Shown here in pieces: positions 53,725-64,000 of a stretch of 64,000 nucleotides of DNA. Each line of letters begins with the position of its first letter. Within the stretch, counting starts at the first letter, position 1. The translations under genes and the position numbers were made by a program. Location: assembly GCA_965197925.1 (NCBI GenBank), contig CBDAOC010000020.1, positions 320,001 to 384,000 of the forward strand, in the 5' to 3' direction. Source of the stretch: Nitrososphaerales archaeon (GTDB lineage Archaea; Thermoproteota; Nitrososphaeria; Nitrososphaerales; UBA213). Under the pieces are notes generated by a model. It did no database searches, was not told the origin of the DNA, and saw nothing but the letters and a program-made list of their open reading frames with translations.

Positions 53725-54101
53725 ACTGCGTAATAGGCCCCGTATTACGTAATTTCTACCCACTAGTTAAAAATAATGTATAACGTTGTATCCGGTAAAT
53801 ATTGAATTATTGTCTTGAGATTATCAATGCAAAATTTGTATGTTCTGTTAGAATAATTATGCATGAATTTGATCTATTGAAATATCCGTAGTCAACATAT
53901 AACTTCATTTATTGTACCATTATTTTAAATGGTCAGTCCTATAGGTGCCTCATACATCAAGTCTTACTCTTTCTGTTTGTCTATTTACTATAAATTCAAG
54001 AAAATAACTACTAACTATTAACAATCCAAGCATTACGTTACCATGAATCAGTAACCTATTACACAATAAAACCGAAAACCTTTTTCCTTTATATGATTAA
54101 T

Positions 54102-55194
54102 TGAGGCTTGGACATAATTTAGTTCGAAACGATAAGATCAGGTTCTAGTTTTTATTGTTGATATGTTTAGCTCAGACTCGATACTCCTTCGTATATTATT
54201 TTTGATTGACGTGATTCCTTGGTCAAAACCTAATAGGAAAAGGGTAGACCATTCTACTATTCTCCTACAGTAATGGTGAGATGCTTCATCGTTAGAGTAT
54301 GGGTAAGAATACCAGGCAACAATGCTTTGCATGAATACTTTTCGATAGACATGCCATACAACAGGAAGGTAATGAAGGCATGTGGTCTTGATAGGTTTCC
54401 AGATAAAAGAACATTCGACAGAAGGTCAAGGCCATATCAATTGACATAAGATCAAGGATAGGTGCTATGGGTATGCTCTTCATAAAAGATGGGTGGTAGA
54501 CTCATTCATAGTATCCGTTGACAGTTCCTTGTTGAAGGCAAAGGGACATGTATGGCACAAATCTAGCATGAAGAAGAATGAAGTGCCACGCTCCGGTATA
54601 GATACAGATGCTCGATGGGAATTCAGCAGAACCAAGGGATGGATATTCGGATACAAGATGCATCTAGCATGTAGCACAGGTTCGTTGATAGTTCCATTAT
54701 CAGCTGATTTCACAACAGCTAACATTACTGATAACAAGATGTATGAAAGCATAACATCTTCATTGCCTACAGGAATGGTAAGGTATGTTGTAGGAGATGA
54801 AGGATATGATGATCACAAGTTATGTGATTTCAGCAGGTATAGAGGGCATCCAGTATTCCCATTGGAAAGGTACAAGCATACTACAGATAATAATAGACTG
54901 GCATTGCTGCAGTTCTATAACTCTGAATATGGGCAGCATGTATATTCTCGGAGGAGCATAAGCGTTGACCCATTGATAGAGCATATGAAGGATGTATTTA
55001 CCATAGATCCATTGCCAGTTAGAGGATTTGATAAGGTAAGGAGTATAGTGTTGTTATCAGTATTGTTGTATCAGGTAATGGTTTACTACAACTACTTGAC
55101 AGGAAGACCATTAAGGGCATTGAAGCACATGTTGGGAAGTTGATCAATCAGAGGCATCAAGTTATTTTTGTTATGAAATTATGTCCATGCCTCA
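54102..55194 (+). mobile_element. DDE-transposase IS element (IS4/IS5/IS982-like superfamily), N-terminal half disrupted
   Basis: 19-bp TIRs TGAGGC(T/A)TGGACATAATTT at 54102-54120 and 55176-55194 (18/19 match); ORF 54493-55143 has VDSS, DTDARW, GYKMHL, GDEGYD. Confidence 0.85.
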
Positions 55195-55338
55195 GCTAAA
55201 TATCTTTTGATACACTCTTGTTACGTGTTAAGTTCATTCAAGCCAGCTACGTAACCGCATGAACAAACCAATAATCCTGTTTTACACATTGATAACCATT
55301 AATTCATGCATCAATAATAATAAAAACTAGCACTAATT

Positions 55339-56400
55339 TCATGTATTTGTTATCTCCTCTAGAATAGATTCCCTTCCCTTGAAATGTGTCCTAACAGGTT
55401 CAATTATATTATTCAAATACTTCCCAACGGAGGCCTTCAAATCCAAGGGATGTAATTTCTTTTTTACAAATGCTTCTTCCACTTCTCTATAACTTCCAAA
55501 TGTAATACTTCCCCCATGCCTCGCCTTCCTCTGTACTGTAAATTCCTTATACTTATGAAATATTATGTAGCGAGTAATTTCAAGAATGGGGTTGTTTTTT
55601 ATAATGTCCACAGGGCAAAATGATTTTTCCATCTTTTCGATTATGGAATTCTCATCATCATGGATAAACACGCTTGTCCATGGCTTTGATTTGCTCATCT
55701 TGCTAGATATTCTAGCATCCATTCCGGTGTCCTCATCCAGACCCATCATTACGGGCTCTGCAAGTCCAGGCAGGAGGTGATGATGCACTGCAACAGGCAC
55801 CTTCCACCCTAACTTTGGGAATACTTCTCTAACAAGCATATGTACCTTCCTCTGATCTATACCAGCATGCACGATATCGAGATCTAAAGCCATTATATCG
55901 GTTGCTTGCAAAGACGGGTAAAGTAGTTGGGAAAAATCCAACCTGTCCTTTTCACTTCTACCCATTATTGTAAGCGCACGCAAAGTTCTGGCTAATGTTA
56001 TTTGTTTGCTAAACTTGACCATATTTTTCCAATAATCATTTTTTTCCTCATATAATTCGGAACCTAATACAATATTGACACCAGGACAGAAAAATTTGAA
56101 TGCATCTCTATAGTAGCCAGCAGCCACCTTGATCTTATTCCAATTGCCTCCAAGCTTATCGTTTATATATGTGTGCAAATCAGCTAGAAATACAGTGCAC
56201 TTTGCACCAGCATCTATAAAATTGTTAATTTTATACCCCGTCAATATCAAACTTCCTATATGTAATAAACCAGAAATTTCTATTCCAATGTAGTGCCTAG
56301 GACTTGCATTTGTATTGAATAAATTAATCAACTCATCTTTTGTAATAACTTCTTCGGTTGGTTCTCTTAATACCAACTCAACCCTGCTTGCCGTATCCAC
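55339..56400 (-). CDS. tyrS: Tyrosine--tRNA ligase
   Basis: YIGIEISGLLHIGS, LADLH, YPSLQ, GIDQRKVH, KMSKS, LHPLDLK. Confidence 0.96.
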   Translation of the reverse strand: MDTASRVELVLREPTEEVITKDELINLFNTNASPRHYIGIEISGLLHIGSLILTGYKINNFIDAGAKCTVFLADLHTYINDKLGGNWNKIKVAAGYYRDAFKFFCPGVNIVLGSELYEEKNDYWKNMVKFSKQITLARTLRALTIMGRSEKDRLDFSQLLYPSLQATDIMALDLDIVHAGIDQRKVHMLVREVFPKLGWKVPVAVHHHLLPGLAEPVMMGLDEDTGMDARISSKMSKSKPWTSVFIHDDENSIIEKMEKSFCPVDIIKNNPILEITRYIIFHKYKEFTVQRKARHGGSITFGSYREVEEAFVKKKLHPLDLKASVGKYLNNIIEPVRTHFKGRESILEEITNT

Positions 56401-56591
56401 AATATTACATGTAAATATTATGCTATAAATCTAAGCCTCTACAGAATAATACTTCAAGTATTTTGAGGAAACAAGTCATACTTAATACAAAAAATCAAGA
56501 CAGAAAAATCTGGGCATATGAAGGAAAATTACGGCAATCAGAAGCATTCAACCATACGATCATTAATATTTATCATTTCCTAGACTATACT

Positions 56592-57152
56592 TGCTGTGTC
56601 GACTAATTACCCTATTTCGAATAATTACCCTATTATAGCAGTTATCCAAACCCTTTTGGATTTATTGCAATGAACATGTTGAATATGGATGCTTTTAGCA
56701 TTAGTCCCTGTTTGCTACCTTTATGCCAGAGGAATCTGCAGTTATTACAATAACATCCTCCATAATTGATGGATCTATCTAGATGTCCATCTTCGCTACT
56801 CTCCATACTATGTTTGTGAAGTCAGGTGCATTCAGTCCCTTTACATGTTTACTTACTTCACCCTTGTGAATCTTTCTAACTGCCTGTATGGTAGCAGGTA
56901 AGCATGTACAACAGAAAGCATCACTAGGAATGATTCTGGATGCACAAATGGCTTACCTTACCTTCATTCATTCTTACAAGCTCATCAGGCCATGAATCTA
57001 TGAAATCCATATCAAGAAGTATCTGTCTCCTTTTTACCAGTAGATCGTACCCTTTCCAGTTCCTATCAGGTATGAATCTCAATGATAATAACTAATCAAA
57101 ATCTCATTCTATCAAATATTCACGAACTTCTGGTTAATTATTCGGCACAGCA
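56592..57152 (-). mobile_element. Internally deleted IS5-family element (IS903-group-like) with 8-bp target duplication
   Basis: TIRs TGCTGTGTCGACTAATTA / TAATTATTCGGCACAGCA; TSD ACTATACT at 56584-56591 and 57153-57160; similar to the element at 63256. Confidence 0.88.
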
Positions 57153-57269
57153 ACTATACTAATTATACTAATATGCTATAAGGGAAAATTATTGTAACAG
57201 CAAAATAAATCGGCACATTTTAATATTAAAATTTATATTAAAATATAGTAATAAGGCTGACTATAACTT

Positions 57270-57976
57270 ATGGAAACTAGAAGTGTGGGAAACACAAATT
57301 TAGCAATATTTAATACTTTCAAAACGAGACGAAATAAATTTACAGGTGAGGCTATAAGGCAACGTGGTATTATAACACATCTTGCCATGGAATACAATCC
57401 TGAAATCAAAACAAGAACCGCTATTGCTCATGCCCTTGCTAAAAAGCATAGAATAATGTGGCAGAATATTTATTCTGGAATCTTTAGGGATCTGGATGAG
57501 GTACTAGTTCCATTATCCATTGTCAAAGAAGAAGGAAGGTTACCGCTAAGGAGAGGGCCTAGAGCTCTGCAACAGGAGGGTGTGCCACATTACGGACTTA
57601 CAAATTAGGGTTGATAGTAGCATCAGTGCTTGAGGAATTAGGTGATAGCAGGATAAAACTCCTTGAAAGATACATTGGAACCTTATCAGGGAATGAACCA
57701 ACACAGAAACTTTTTAGTGAAGGAATTCTTCTCTTATTGAAGGTTTCACCTTCATTTGTTTTCAAGATAATGAATTTATACGTAACTTCATACATTCAGG
57801 GCACGGTGACAAACATAGTTCCAATTGATGTCGAAGCTATGCAAACAGTCGTTGCCAAAGTTATAGGTGTTGAGAAAGAACTTGTTGAGGCGGTTATTTC
57901 TATATCAAATAGTGAACAAGATGTAATTCGTAGATTCATCAATATGATAAGTCAAGAAAGGGTTACATCATCTTAA
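57270..57976 (+). pseudogene. Hypothetical wHTH-like protein split near 57600
   Basis: Adjacent ORFs 57270-57608 and 57611-57976 join as ...YGLT/LGLIVASVL. Confidence 0.65.
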
Positions 57977-58649
57977 GTTATTTTAAATCCATCTTATAGA
58001 TTGGTAACTATGCCCGATCTGTCCACTCGTTCAAGTAAATATGAAAAGAACATCCTTAAGGTAACGATGACCTGTTATCTGATACATTGACCACTTCTGC
58101 AAAAACAGTAATTATTGAAACTGTTTGTCCTGATTAGGAGGGTTTTGAACACATCTTATTAAATTCTACTCTCACAAAATTGTACGCCCATCTGTTTCAG
58201 GAATTGGTATAAACAAATATGCTTTCTATAGACAGATCTCCTTAAGGTAATATGAACCGATTGTTTAGACCCATTCCATGACCAATTTCCAAACCTAGAT
58301 ACCTTAGTAGGATAATATCGATCGGTATAAATTATTGGATACTTATCAATCCTGAACTTATCTGAATAGTAAACAATTCCTTGAATTAACTAGTAATATT
58401 ATAGATGCTCTATTGACTGGCAACTCAGGCAATGTTACAAATCTATGACTAGGCGATTAAAAACAGAAGTCATATTCTATTAGAGCAGCCCGTGCAATGA
58501 CATGTTCGAATGGTATTAAATACTGTGGAGTAACATCCTATTATACAGATTATATTCAAGCAAAAAGCGTTTAACAATTTTAACATACTCGTTAAGTCAC
58601 GAACTAGCCTAGGAAGGTTAAAATGCCATAGCTTAGTCAGTTTTGTTGT

Positions 58650-59282
58650 ATGGATACATATACTGCTCTAGAGCTAACAATAAACAAAGTTTTATCTCGT
58701 GAAGAGAAGGATATGGTCTCGAAAATTGAAGTTGTCTATAACGAAGCAAATGAAAAATTATTACTTTCAAAAAGTGTTATAGAATCATTATATCATAAAA
58801 TAATAGTTGATGGTAGAAAGCAAGCAGAGGACCTGAGGAGGCAGATCGTGGGTAATAGCAGGCTATCTGCAAGAAACAAGCAGTTGTTGTTGATTGAGAA
58901 AGTTGTGGGAGATGTATTTGAAGAAGCTAAGGCAAAAATCGACTCTATAAGAAGTGATGATAAATATGCCCTCATGATGAAGAACCTTTTGGAGAATGCT
59001 CTTGATGTTGTTCACTCCGAGAAGGTTTTAGTGGAATGTAATAGGAAAGATAGAGATCTTATAAATAAGATAGTTTCAGAATTACAAGAAATTGTTAGTA
59101 CGAAAATTATAGTAAGTGAAGGGGTGTTAGATGTTATTGGTGGCTTGAAGGTTAAATCTGAAGATGGCTCAATGATTTATGATGTCACCTTGGATTCCCG
59201 GTTCGAACGTCTTAGACCTCTCATAAGAAAAGATGTAGCCATGATTTTCGTGGAGAGAGAGATGTATGATAGCAAAAGGTAG
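58650..59282 (+). CDS. atpE: A/V-type ATP synthase subunit E
   Basis: Coiled-coil N-terminus, IGGLKVKS.DG...D.TLDSR; first gene of the operon. Confidence 0.88.
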   Translation: MDTYTALELTINKVLSREEKDMVSKIEVVYNEANEKLLLSKSVIESLYHKIIVDGRKQAEDLRRQIVGNSRLSARNKQLLLIEKVVGDVFEEAKAKIDSIRSDDKYALMMKNLLENALDVVHSEKVLVECNRKDRDLINKIVSELQEIVSTKIIVSEGVLDVIGGLKVKSEDGSMIYDVTLDSRFERLRPLIRKDVAMIFVEREMYDSKR

Positions 59283-61056
59283 GATAGTTTGGATAAGCGG
59301 TCCTGCAGTAAAAGCTGATGATATGTCAAATACAAAAATGTATGAAACGGTTCAGGTTGGCGAATCAAAACTTATTGGAGAAGTAATAAGGTTAACAGGC
59401 GACATTGCTTTCATACAGGTTTACGAATCAACTACAGGTCTGAAACCTGGTGAACCTGTTGTGGGTATGGGTCAACCCTTGAGCGTCCTTTTGGGTCCTG
59501 GTCTAATAGGTAAAATTTACGATGGAATACAAAGGCCATTAGATGATATTGCAAAGCGTTGTGGTACTTTTATTGGCAAAGGTATAAGGACCTCCCCCGT
59601 AGATTTAAGGAAGAAATACAGATTTTCTGCTACTGTTAAGGTGGGTGATCAGGTACAAGCTGGAAGTAAGATAGGCGAAGTGGAGGAAACGGCTTTGGTT
59701 TTGCATTCTATATTATTACGGCCGGATATTCCTAGATGTACGATAATTGCGATTGAGAAGGAAGGCGACTATGATCTTGAACATCCGGTAGCTACGGTTG
59801 ATTATAATGGGAAAAAGACTGATGTATTTATGTACCAGTATTGGCCGGTAAGAAAACCAAGGCCTTATTTGGAAAAACTTGATCCAAATATTCCCCTGAT
59901 AACTGGTCAGCGTATCCTCGACACATTCTTCCCAATAGCAAAGGGAGGTACTGCCGCTATACCAGGAGGATTCGGAACAGGTAAGACTGTAACACTGCAC
60001 CAAATCGCTGCATGGGCAGACTCGAAAGTAGTTGTTTATATTGGATGTGGGGAGCGCGGCAATGAAATGACGGAAGTATTGACCAAATTTCCTGAACTTT
60101 TGGATCCTCACTCTGGAAGGCCACTCATGGAGCGAACAGTGCTTGTAGCAAATACAAGCAACATGCCAGTAGCCGCAAGAGAGGCAAGTATCTACACAGG
60201 CGTCACCATAGGAGAGTATTACAGAGATATGGGTTATGATGTTGTGCTAGTAGCAGATTCAACGAGCAGGTGGGCTGAGGCGTTGAGAGAGATGAGTGGG
60301 AGGCTTGAGGAAATGCCTGCTGAGGAGGGATATCCATCGTATCTTGCATCAAGATTAGCGGAATTTTACGAACGTGCAGGGAGAGTGAAGACGCTAGGCA
60401 GTCTGGACAGAATAGGATCTGTTACTCTCGTTGGAGCGGTTTCACCATCAGGTGCCGACTTTACAGAACCCGTAACCACTCACACCATTAGGTTCATCAA
60501 AACCTTCTGGGGTCTTGACACCAGATTAGCTTATTCAAGGCACTATCCAGCCATTAACTGGATGTCAAGTTATTCAGGTTATCTAGAAGATGTATCTAGA
60601 TGGTGGGAAGATAATGTGGGCAAGGAATGGTATAAGCTTCGAAGTGATGGTTACTTACTTCTCCAGAAAGAAGATGCGTTGAAGGAGATTGTTCGCTTGC
60701 TCGGGCCAGAGGCATTACCTGATGAAGAGAAACTTGTTCTCGAAGTGGCTAGGATGATAAAGATCGGTATACTTCAGCAGAGTGCCTATAACAAGATTGA
60801 TACATACTGCGGTCCTAAAAAACAATTGAAATTATTGCAATTGATGGTTGAGTTCCATAATGAAGCAAACAAAGCATTGAAGGTGGGCGTTTCACTTGCA
60901 GATATCAGAGCAATGCCCATAATAACTAGACTGCTTAAGGCAAAATTCGACGTTGCTGATGATCAACTCGAAAAGCTTGATGAGCTTGGTAACGATGTTA
61001 TTAGTCACTTCAGACAACTTGAAGAAGAGCGGGAGGTCAAAGGGATAGTTGGGTGA
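59266..61056 (+). CDS. atpA: A/V-type ATP synthase subunit A
   Basis: [37 protein letters not shown]; no intein. Confidence 0.97.
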   Translation: MIAKGRIVWISGPAVKADDMSNTKMYETVQVGESKLIGEVIRLTGDIAFIQVYESTTGLKPGEPVVGMGQPLSVLLGPGLIGKIYDGIQRPLDDIAKRCGTFIGKGIRTSPVDLRKKYRFSATVKVGDQVQAGSKIGEVEETALVLHSILLRPDIPRCTIIAIEKEGDYDLEHPVATVDYNGKKTDVFMYQYWPVRKPRPYLEKLDPNIPLITGQRILDTFFPIAKGGTAAIPGGFGTGKTVTLHQIAAWADSKVVVYIGCGERGNEMTEVLTKFPELLDPHSGRPLMERTVLVANTSNMPVAAREASIYTGVTIGEYYRDMGYDVVLVADSTSRWAEALREMSGRLEEMPAEEGYPSYLASRLAEFYERAGRVKTLGSLDRIGSVTLVGAVSPSGADFTEPVTTHTIRFIKTFWGLDTRLAYSRHYPAINWMSSYSGYLEDVSRWWEDNVGKEWYKLRSDGYLLLQKEDALKEIVRLLGPEALPDEEKLVLEVARMIKIGILQQSAYNKIDTYCGPKKQLKLLQLMVEFHNEANKALKVGVSLADIRAMPIITRLLKAKFDVADDQLEKLDELGNDVISHFRQLEEEREVKGIVG

Positions 61057-62431
61057 AGCAGGTATAGAATATACAAAGGTTCAGGAGATTAAAGGACCGC
61101 TAGTTGTGATAGATGGTGTAACTAGAGCATCATTTGACGAACTTGTTGAAATTGAAACGGTTGAAGGTGATATAAGGTTAGGAAAAGTATTAGAAATTGG
61201 GTTCGGCAAGGCGGTGGTTCAAGTCTTTGAAGGCACTACGGGACTAAGTATATCAGGAACAAAGGCACGATTTTTAGGAAAGATGATGGAAATGCCTGCT
61301 TCTCAGGAACTCTTGGGTAGAATATTTGACGGCTTGGGCAGACCTATCGATGGTTTACCAGAACCTATAGCAGAAGATTTTCGAGACGTGAATGGTGCTT
61401 CGATAAATCCGGAGAGGCGTCAATTTCCAGAGGATTTTATACAAACAGGGGTATCTGTTCTAGATGGCATGCTCACACTAGTAAGAGGACAGAAACTTCC
61501 GATATTTTCTGGTTCTGGTATGCCCCACAATATACTTGCGGCTCAAGTGGCAAAACAAGCAACTGTGATTGGAAGTGGTGATGAATTCGCTGTCGTTTTT
61601 GGTGCAATAGGAGTACAACATAGTGAATCACAGTACTTCAAAAGGAGCCTAGAAGAAAGTGGGGCGCTTAAGCGAAGTACGCTATTCCTCAACCTTGCTG
61701 ACGATCCTGCAATTGAAAGGATAATAACTCCTAGGGTGGCGTTGACTGCTGCAGAATACCTTGCATTCGATCTTGGTATGCATGTTCTGGTCATTTTAAC
61801 GGATCTTACTAACTATGCTGAAGCATTAAGAGAGATCAGTGCGGCTAGAGAAGAGGTTCCCGGAAGGAAGGGCTATCCAGGCTATCTTTACACTGATCTT
61901 GCAACGATCTATGAGCGTGCTGGTAAGGTGAAAGGGCTGAATGGAAGTATAACACAGATGCCAATATTATCGATGCCGGCAGACGATATCACTCATCCTA
62001 TCCCTGATTTAACTGGATATATTACTGAAGGTCAGATAGTACTTAGTAGAGAGTTATTCAGGAAGGGATTATATCCTCCAGCTGGTGTGCTTATGAGCTT
62101 GAGCAGGTTGATGAAGGATGGTGTTGGTCAGGGTAAAACCAGAGAAGACCATATGGAAGTAAGTAACCAATTGTACGACGCATATTCAAGGGCGCAAGAG
62201 GTTTTAGCATTATCTGAAATTGTGGGAAAGGCAAGTCTCACAGGTGTAGATCTTAAATATTTGGAGTTTGGAAATGAATTTGAGGAACATTTTTTAAAAC
62301 AGAATAAAGATGAAAACAGGACCTTAGAAGAAACCCTTTCTAGGGCATGGGATGTATTATCATTGTTGCCAGAGGGAGAGTTGACAAAGATAAAGGATAA
62401 CTACGTAAAGCATTACTATAAGACGAGATAG
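61049..62431 (+). CDS. atpB: A/V-type ATP synthase subunit B
   Basis: [43 protein letters not shown]. Confidence 0.97.
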   Translation: MGEAGIEYTKVQEIKGPLVVIDGVTRASFDELVEIETVEGDIRLGKVLEIGFGKAVVQVFEGTTGLSISGTKARFLGKMMEMPASQELLGRIFDGLGRPIDGLPEPIAEDFRDVNGASINPERRQFPEDFIQTGVSVLDGMLTLVRGQKLPIFSGSGMPHNILAAQVAKQATVIGSGDEFAVVFGAIGVQHSESQYFKRSLEESGALKRSTLFLNLADDPAIERIITPRVALTAAEYLAFDLGMHVLVILTDLTNYAEALREISAAREEVPGRKGYPGYLYTDLATIYERAGKVKGLNGSITQMPILSMPADDITHPIPDLTGYITEGQIVLSRELFRKGLYPPAGVLMSLSRLMKDGVGQGKTREDHMEVSNQLYDAYSRAQEVLALSEIVGKASLTGVDLKYLEFGNEFEEHFLKQNKDENRTLEETLSRAWDVLSLLPEGELTKIKDNYVKHYYKTR

Positions 62432-63106
62432 ATGTCGGTTTCATTTGGAAGTGCAGTCCTACCAACAAAGATCGAGTTAATCAGGATCAAACGCTCATTG
62501 AAAGTAGCAAAGATGGTTCACAAAATACTTGATGATAAAAGAGAAGTTTTACTGAAAAGAATAGATGAAATGATCGAAGAAGCTAGCAAGGCAAGAGAAG
62601 ACATATGGACGCCTTTGGAAACTATCTACGCTGCAGTATTTAATGCTTATCTATCTGTTGGAACTGGAACTTTAGAATCAATTGCAATGCTTACACCTTC
62701 TGGTATTGAAGTTGATGTTAAGGTAAAAAGAATTGTTGATGTTAAAGTACCTACGTTGCAAGTTTCAACACAAAACTTGGAATCCCTATCATATGGGTTT
62801 GCAGATACAAATGTTGCAATTGATAAGGCTGCTAAACTGATAAAAAATGTTCTGCCAGGAATTTGTAAAGCAGCTGAATTTGAAAATGCCCTTTTCACTT
62901 TGGCGAAAGAGCTAGAAAGAACACAAAGGTTGATCAATGCCTTGGAATATGTTATTATGCCACAATACGACTTTGCAATAAAGTTCATCACCGCTACTTT
63001 GGAAGAGAGAGAACGAGAGGAATTCGTTAGGTTAAAAAAGGTAAAGATTGTACTGGAGAATAAGAGGGAGAATGTGTATGGGTACAAAGATAGACAAGCT
63101 TTATGA
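62432..63106 (+). CDS. atpD: A/V-type ATP synthase subunit D
   Basis: PTKIEL, LDDKR, TQRLINALEY, LEEREREEF.RLK. Confidence 0.95.
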   Translation: MSVSFGSAVLPTKIELIRIKRSLKVAKMVHKILDDKREVLLKRIDEMIEEASKAREDIWTPLETIYAAVFNAYLSVGTGTLESIAMLTPSGIEVDVKVKRIVDVKVPTLQVSTQNLESLSYGFADTNVAIDKAAKLIKNVLPGICKAAEFENALFTLAKELERTQRLINALEYVIMPQYDFAIKFITATLEEREREEFVRLKKVKIVLENKRENVYGYKDRQAL

Positions 63107-63212
63107 TGATGCTGAAAAGAGGATGATAAAACGTTATCTCGATGCGATTGAAAAGATTAAGGAAGAATTGAAAACAACTAAGCAAAATACAATCAATATA
63201 ATCAAAGGATAA
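63078..63212 (+). CDS. Small 44-aa charged helical protein overlapping the end of atpD (possible ATPase stalk/accessory subunit)
   Basis: MGTKIDKLYDDAEKRMIKRYLDAIEKIKEELKTTKQNTINIIKG, preceded by GAGGGAG. Confidence 0.55.
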   Translation: MGTKIDKLYDDAEKRMIKRYLDAIEKIKEELKTTKQNTINIIKG

Positions 63213-63255
63213 TAATTGTACAAAAGATAGAGGATCGTCTACATATCAGATATGG

Positions 63256-64000
63256 TGCTGTGTCAAATAATTACCATATTAGCAGTTATCCAAACCCTTT
63301 TGGATTTATTGCAATGAACATGTTGTATACGGATGCTTTTAACATCCTTTTAGCATTAGTTCCTTCATCATATTCTTTCATCTTACTGCGTTCACACGTT
63401 AACCAAAGATACGCTTAAATCCAGAGAATACAGTTTCTGCCGTCCATCTGTGTCTATATTCATGTTACTTCTTCCATGTATCAAGATCCTCCTTCTGCTC
63501 TAATACTGATAGCTCCGTTGGCATACATCCCCTTTGCTTTTACCGATGCGTTACTCCTCGCCTTTATCAGTAGTTCAATACAGTTATCGGCAAGGAGCCT
63601 GAAGATCCTTCTTGAATCATAAGCTCCATCTGCTATCACTTATCACATTACATTTCTTCAACCCCTTTTATCATAAGTATCATCTTCTTGCCGTCATGTA
63701 TATGCCTAGTTACCCTCATTGCAACTATCTCTTTGCTTTCCTTATCCACAATATGCTTCTTGATGAAGCCCCATGCATGCCACTTCTTCCTTCTCCATTC
63801 TCCCCTGTTTGCTACCATAATACCGGAGGAATCTGTAGCTATTACAATAACATCCTCCATAATTGATGGGTCTATCTTAATGTCCATCTTCGCTACCCTC
63901 CATACTATGCTTGTATAGTCAAGTGTATCCAAACCGTCAACATGTTTGATTAATACCCTTGTGAATCCTTCTAACTGCTTTATAGCAGCAGGTATGCATG
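63256..64000 (-). mobile_element. Degenerate IS5-family element (IS903-group-like), runs off the right edge
   Basis: TIR TGCTGTGTCAAATAATTACC; fragments DYTSIVWRV, IATDSSGI.V.NRGEWR..K...GFIK.H, RWTAET. Confidence 0.85.

Noticed and set aside
58010..58300. Repeated CCTTAAGGTAA motif about 185 bp apart upstream of the ATPase operon
   Set aside because: Only two short copies with weak flanking similarity; cannot be told from chance or a decayed gene
59266..61056. Inteins in atpA (also checked radA and valS)
   Set aside because: Lengths are normal and no intein motifs were seen
222..63918. Many short antisense or overlapping ORFs in the ORF track
   Set aside because: They are shadows of well-supported genes on the other strand or frame and carry no recognisable motifs

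Overview
Archaeal window with the gene content and gene order of Nitrososphaerota (Thaumarchaeota); the exact order cannot be assigned from sequence alone. The housekeeping backbone is intact: valS, tyrS, pdxST, aconitase, radA-rpl21e-rpo4-DUF655-rsmA, thaumarchaeal ftsZ, mtaB-type methylthiotransferase, fumarase-family gene, alba, rpl15e, truD and the A-type ATPase genes E-A-B-D. The left edge holds a broken tyrosine integrase next to a tRNA-Ala(GGC) that carries an unusual 28-nt intron at position 7/8 and a C at position 33. The main candidates for new biology are: (i) a divergent wHTH-beta-alpha proteasome-like operon with a propeptide-less beta subunit and a remodelled alpha gate; (ii) an exported type-1 cupredoxin fused to a His-rich beta-propeller; (iii) a haloarchaeal-style PHA cluster (phaE-phaC opposite a hydrolase, an AbrB/PhaR-like gene and a phasin-like gene); (iv) QueD fused to a PD-(D/E)xK-like domain, next to queC and a Cys-less asparagine-synthetase-like gene; (v) an aRF1 paralog with a GGCSQ loop. 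About a dozen accessory genes are frameshifted or carry nonsense codons while no core gene is, and four decayed IS elements are present. This pattern suggests ongoing genome erosion. All calls come from motif recognition by eye; no database search was run.
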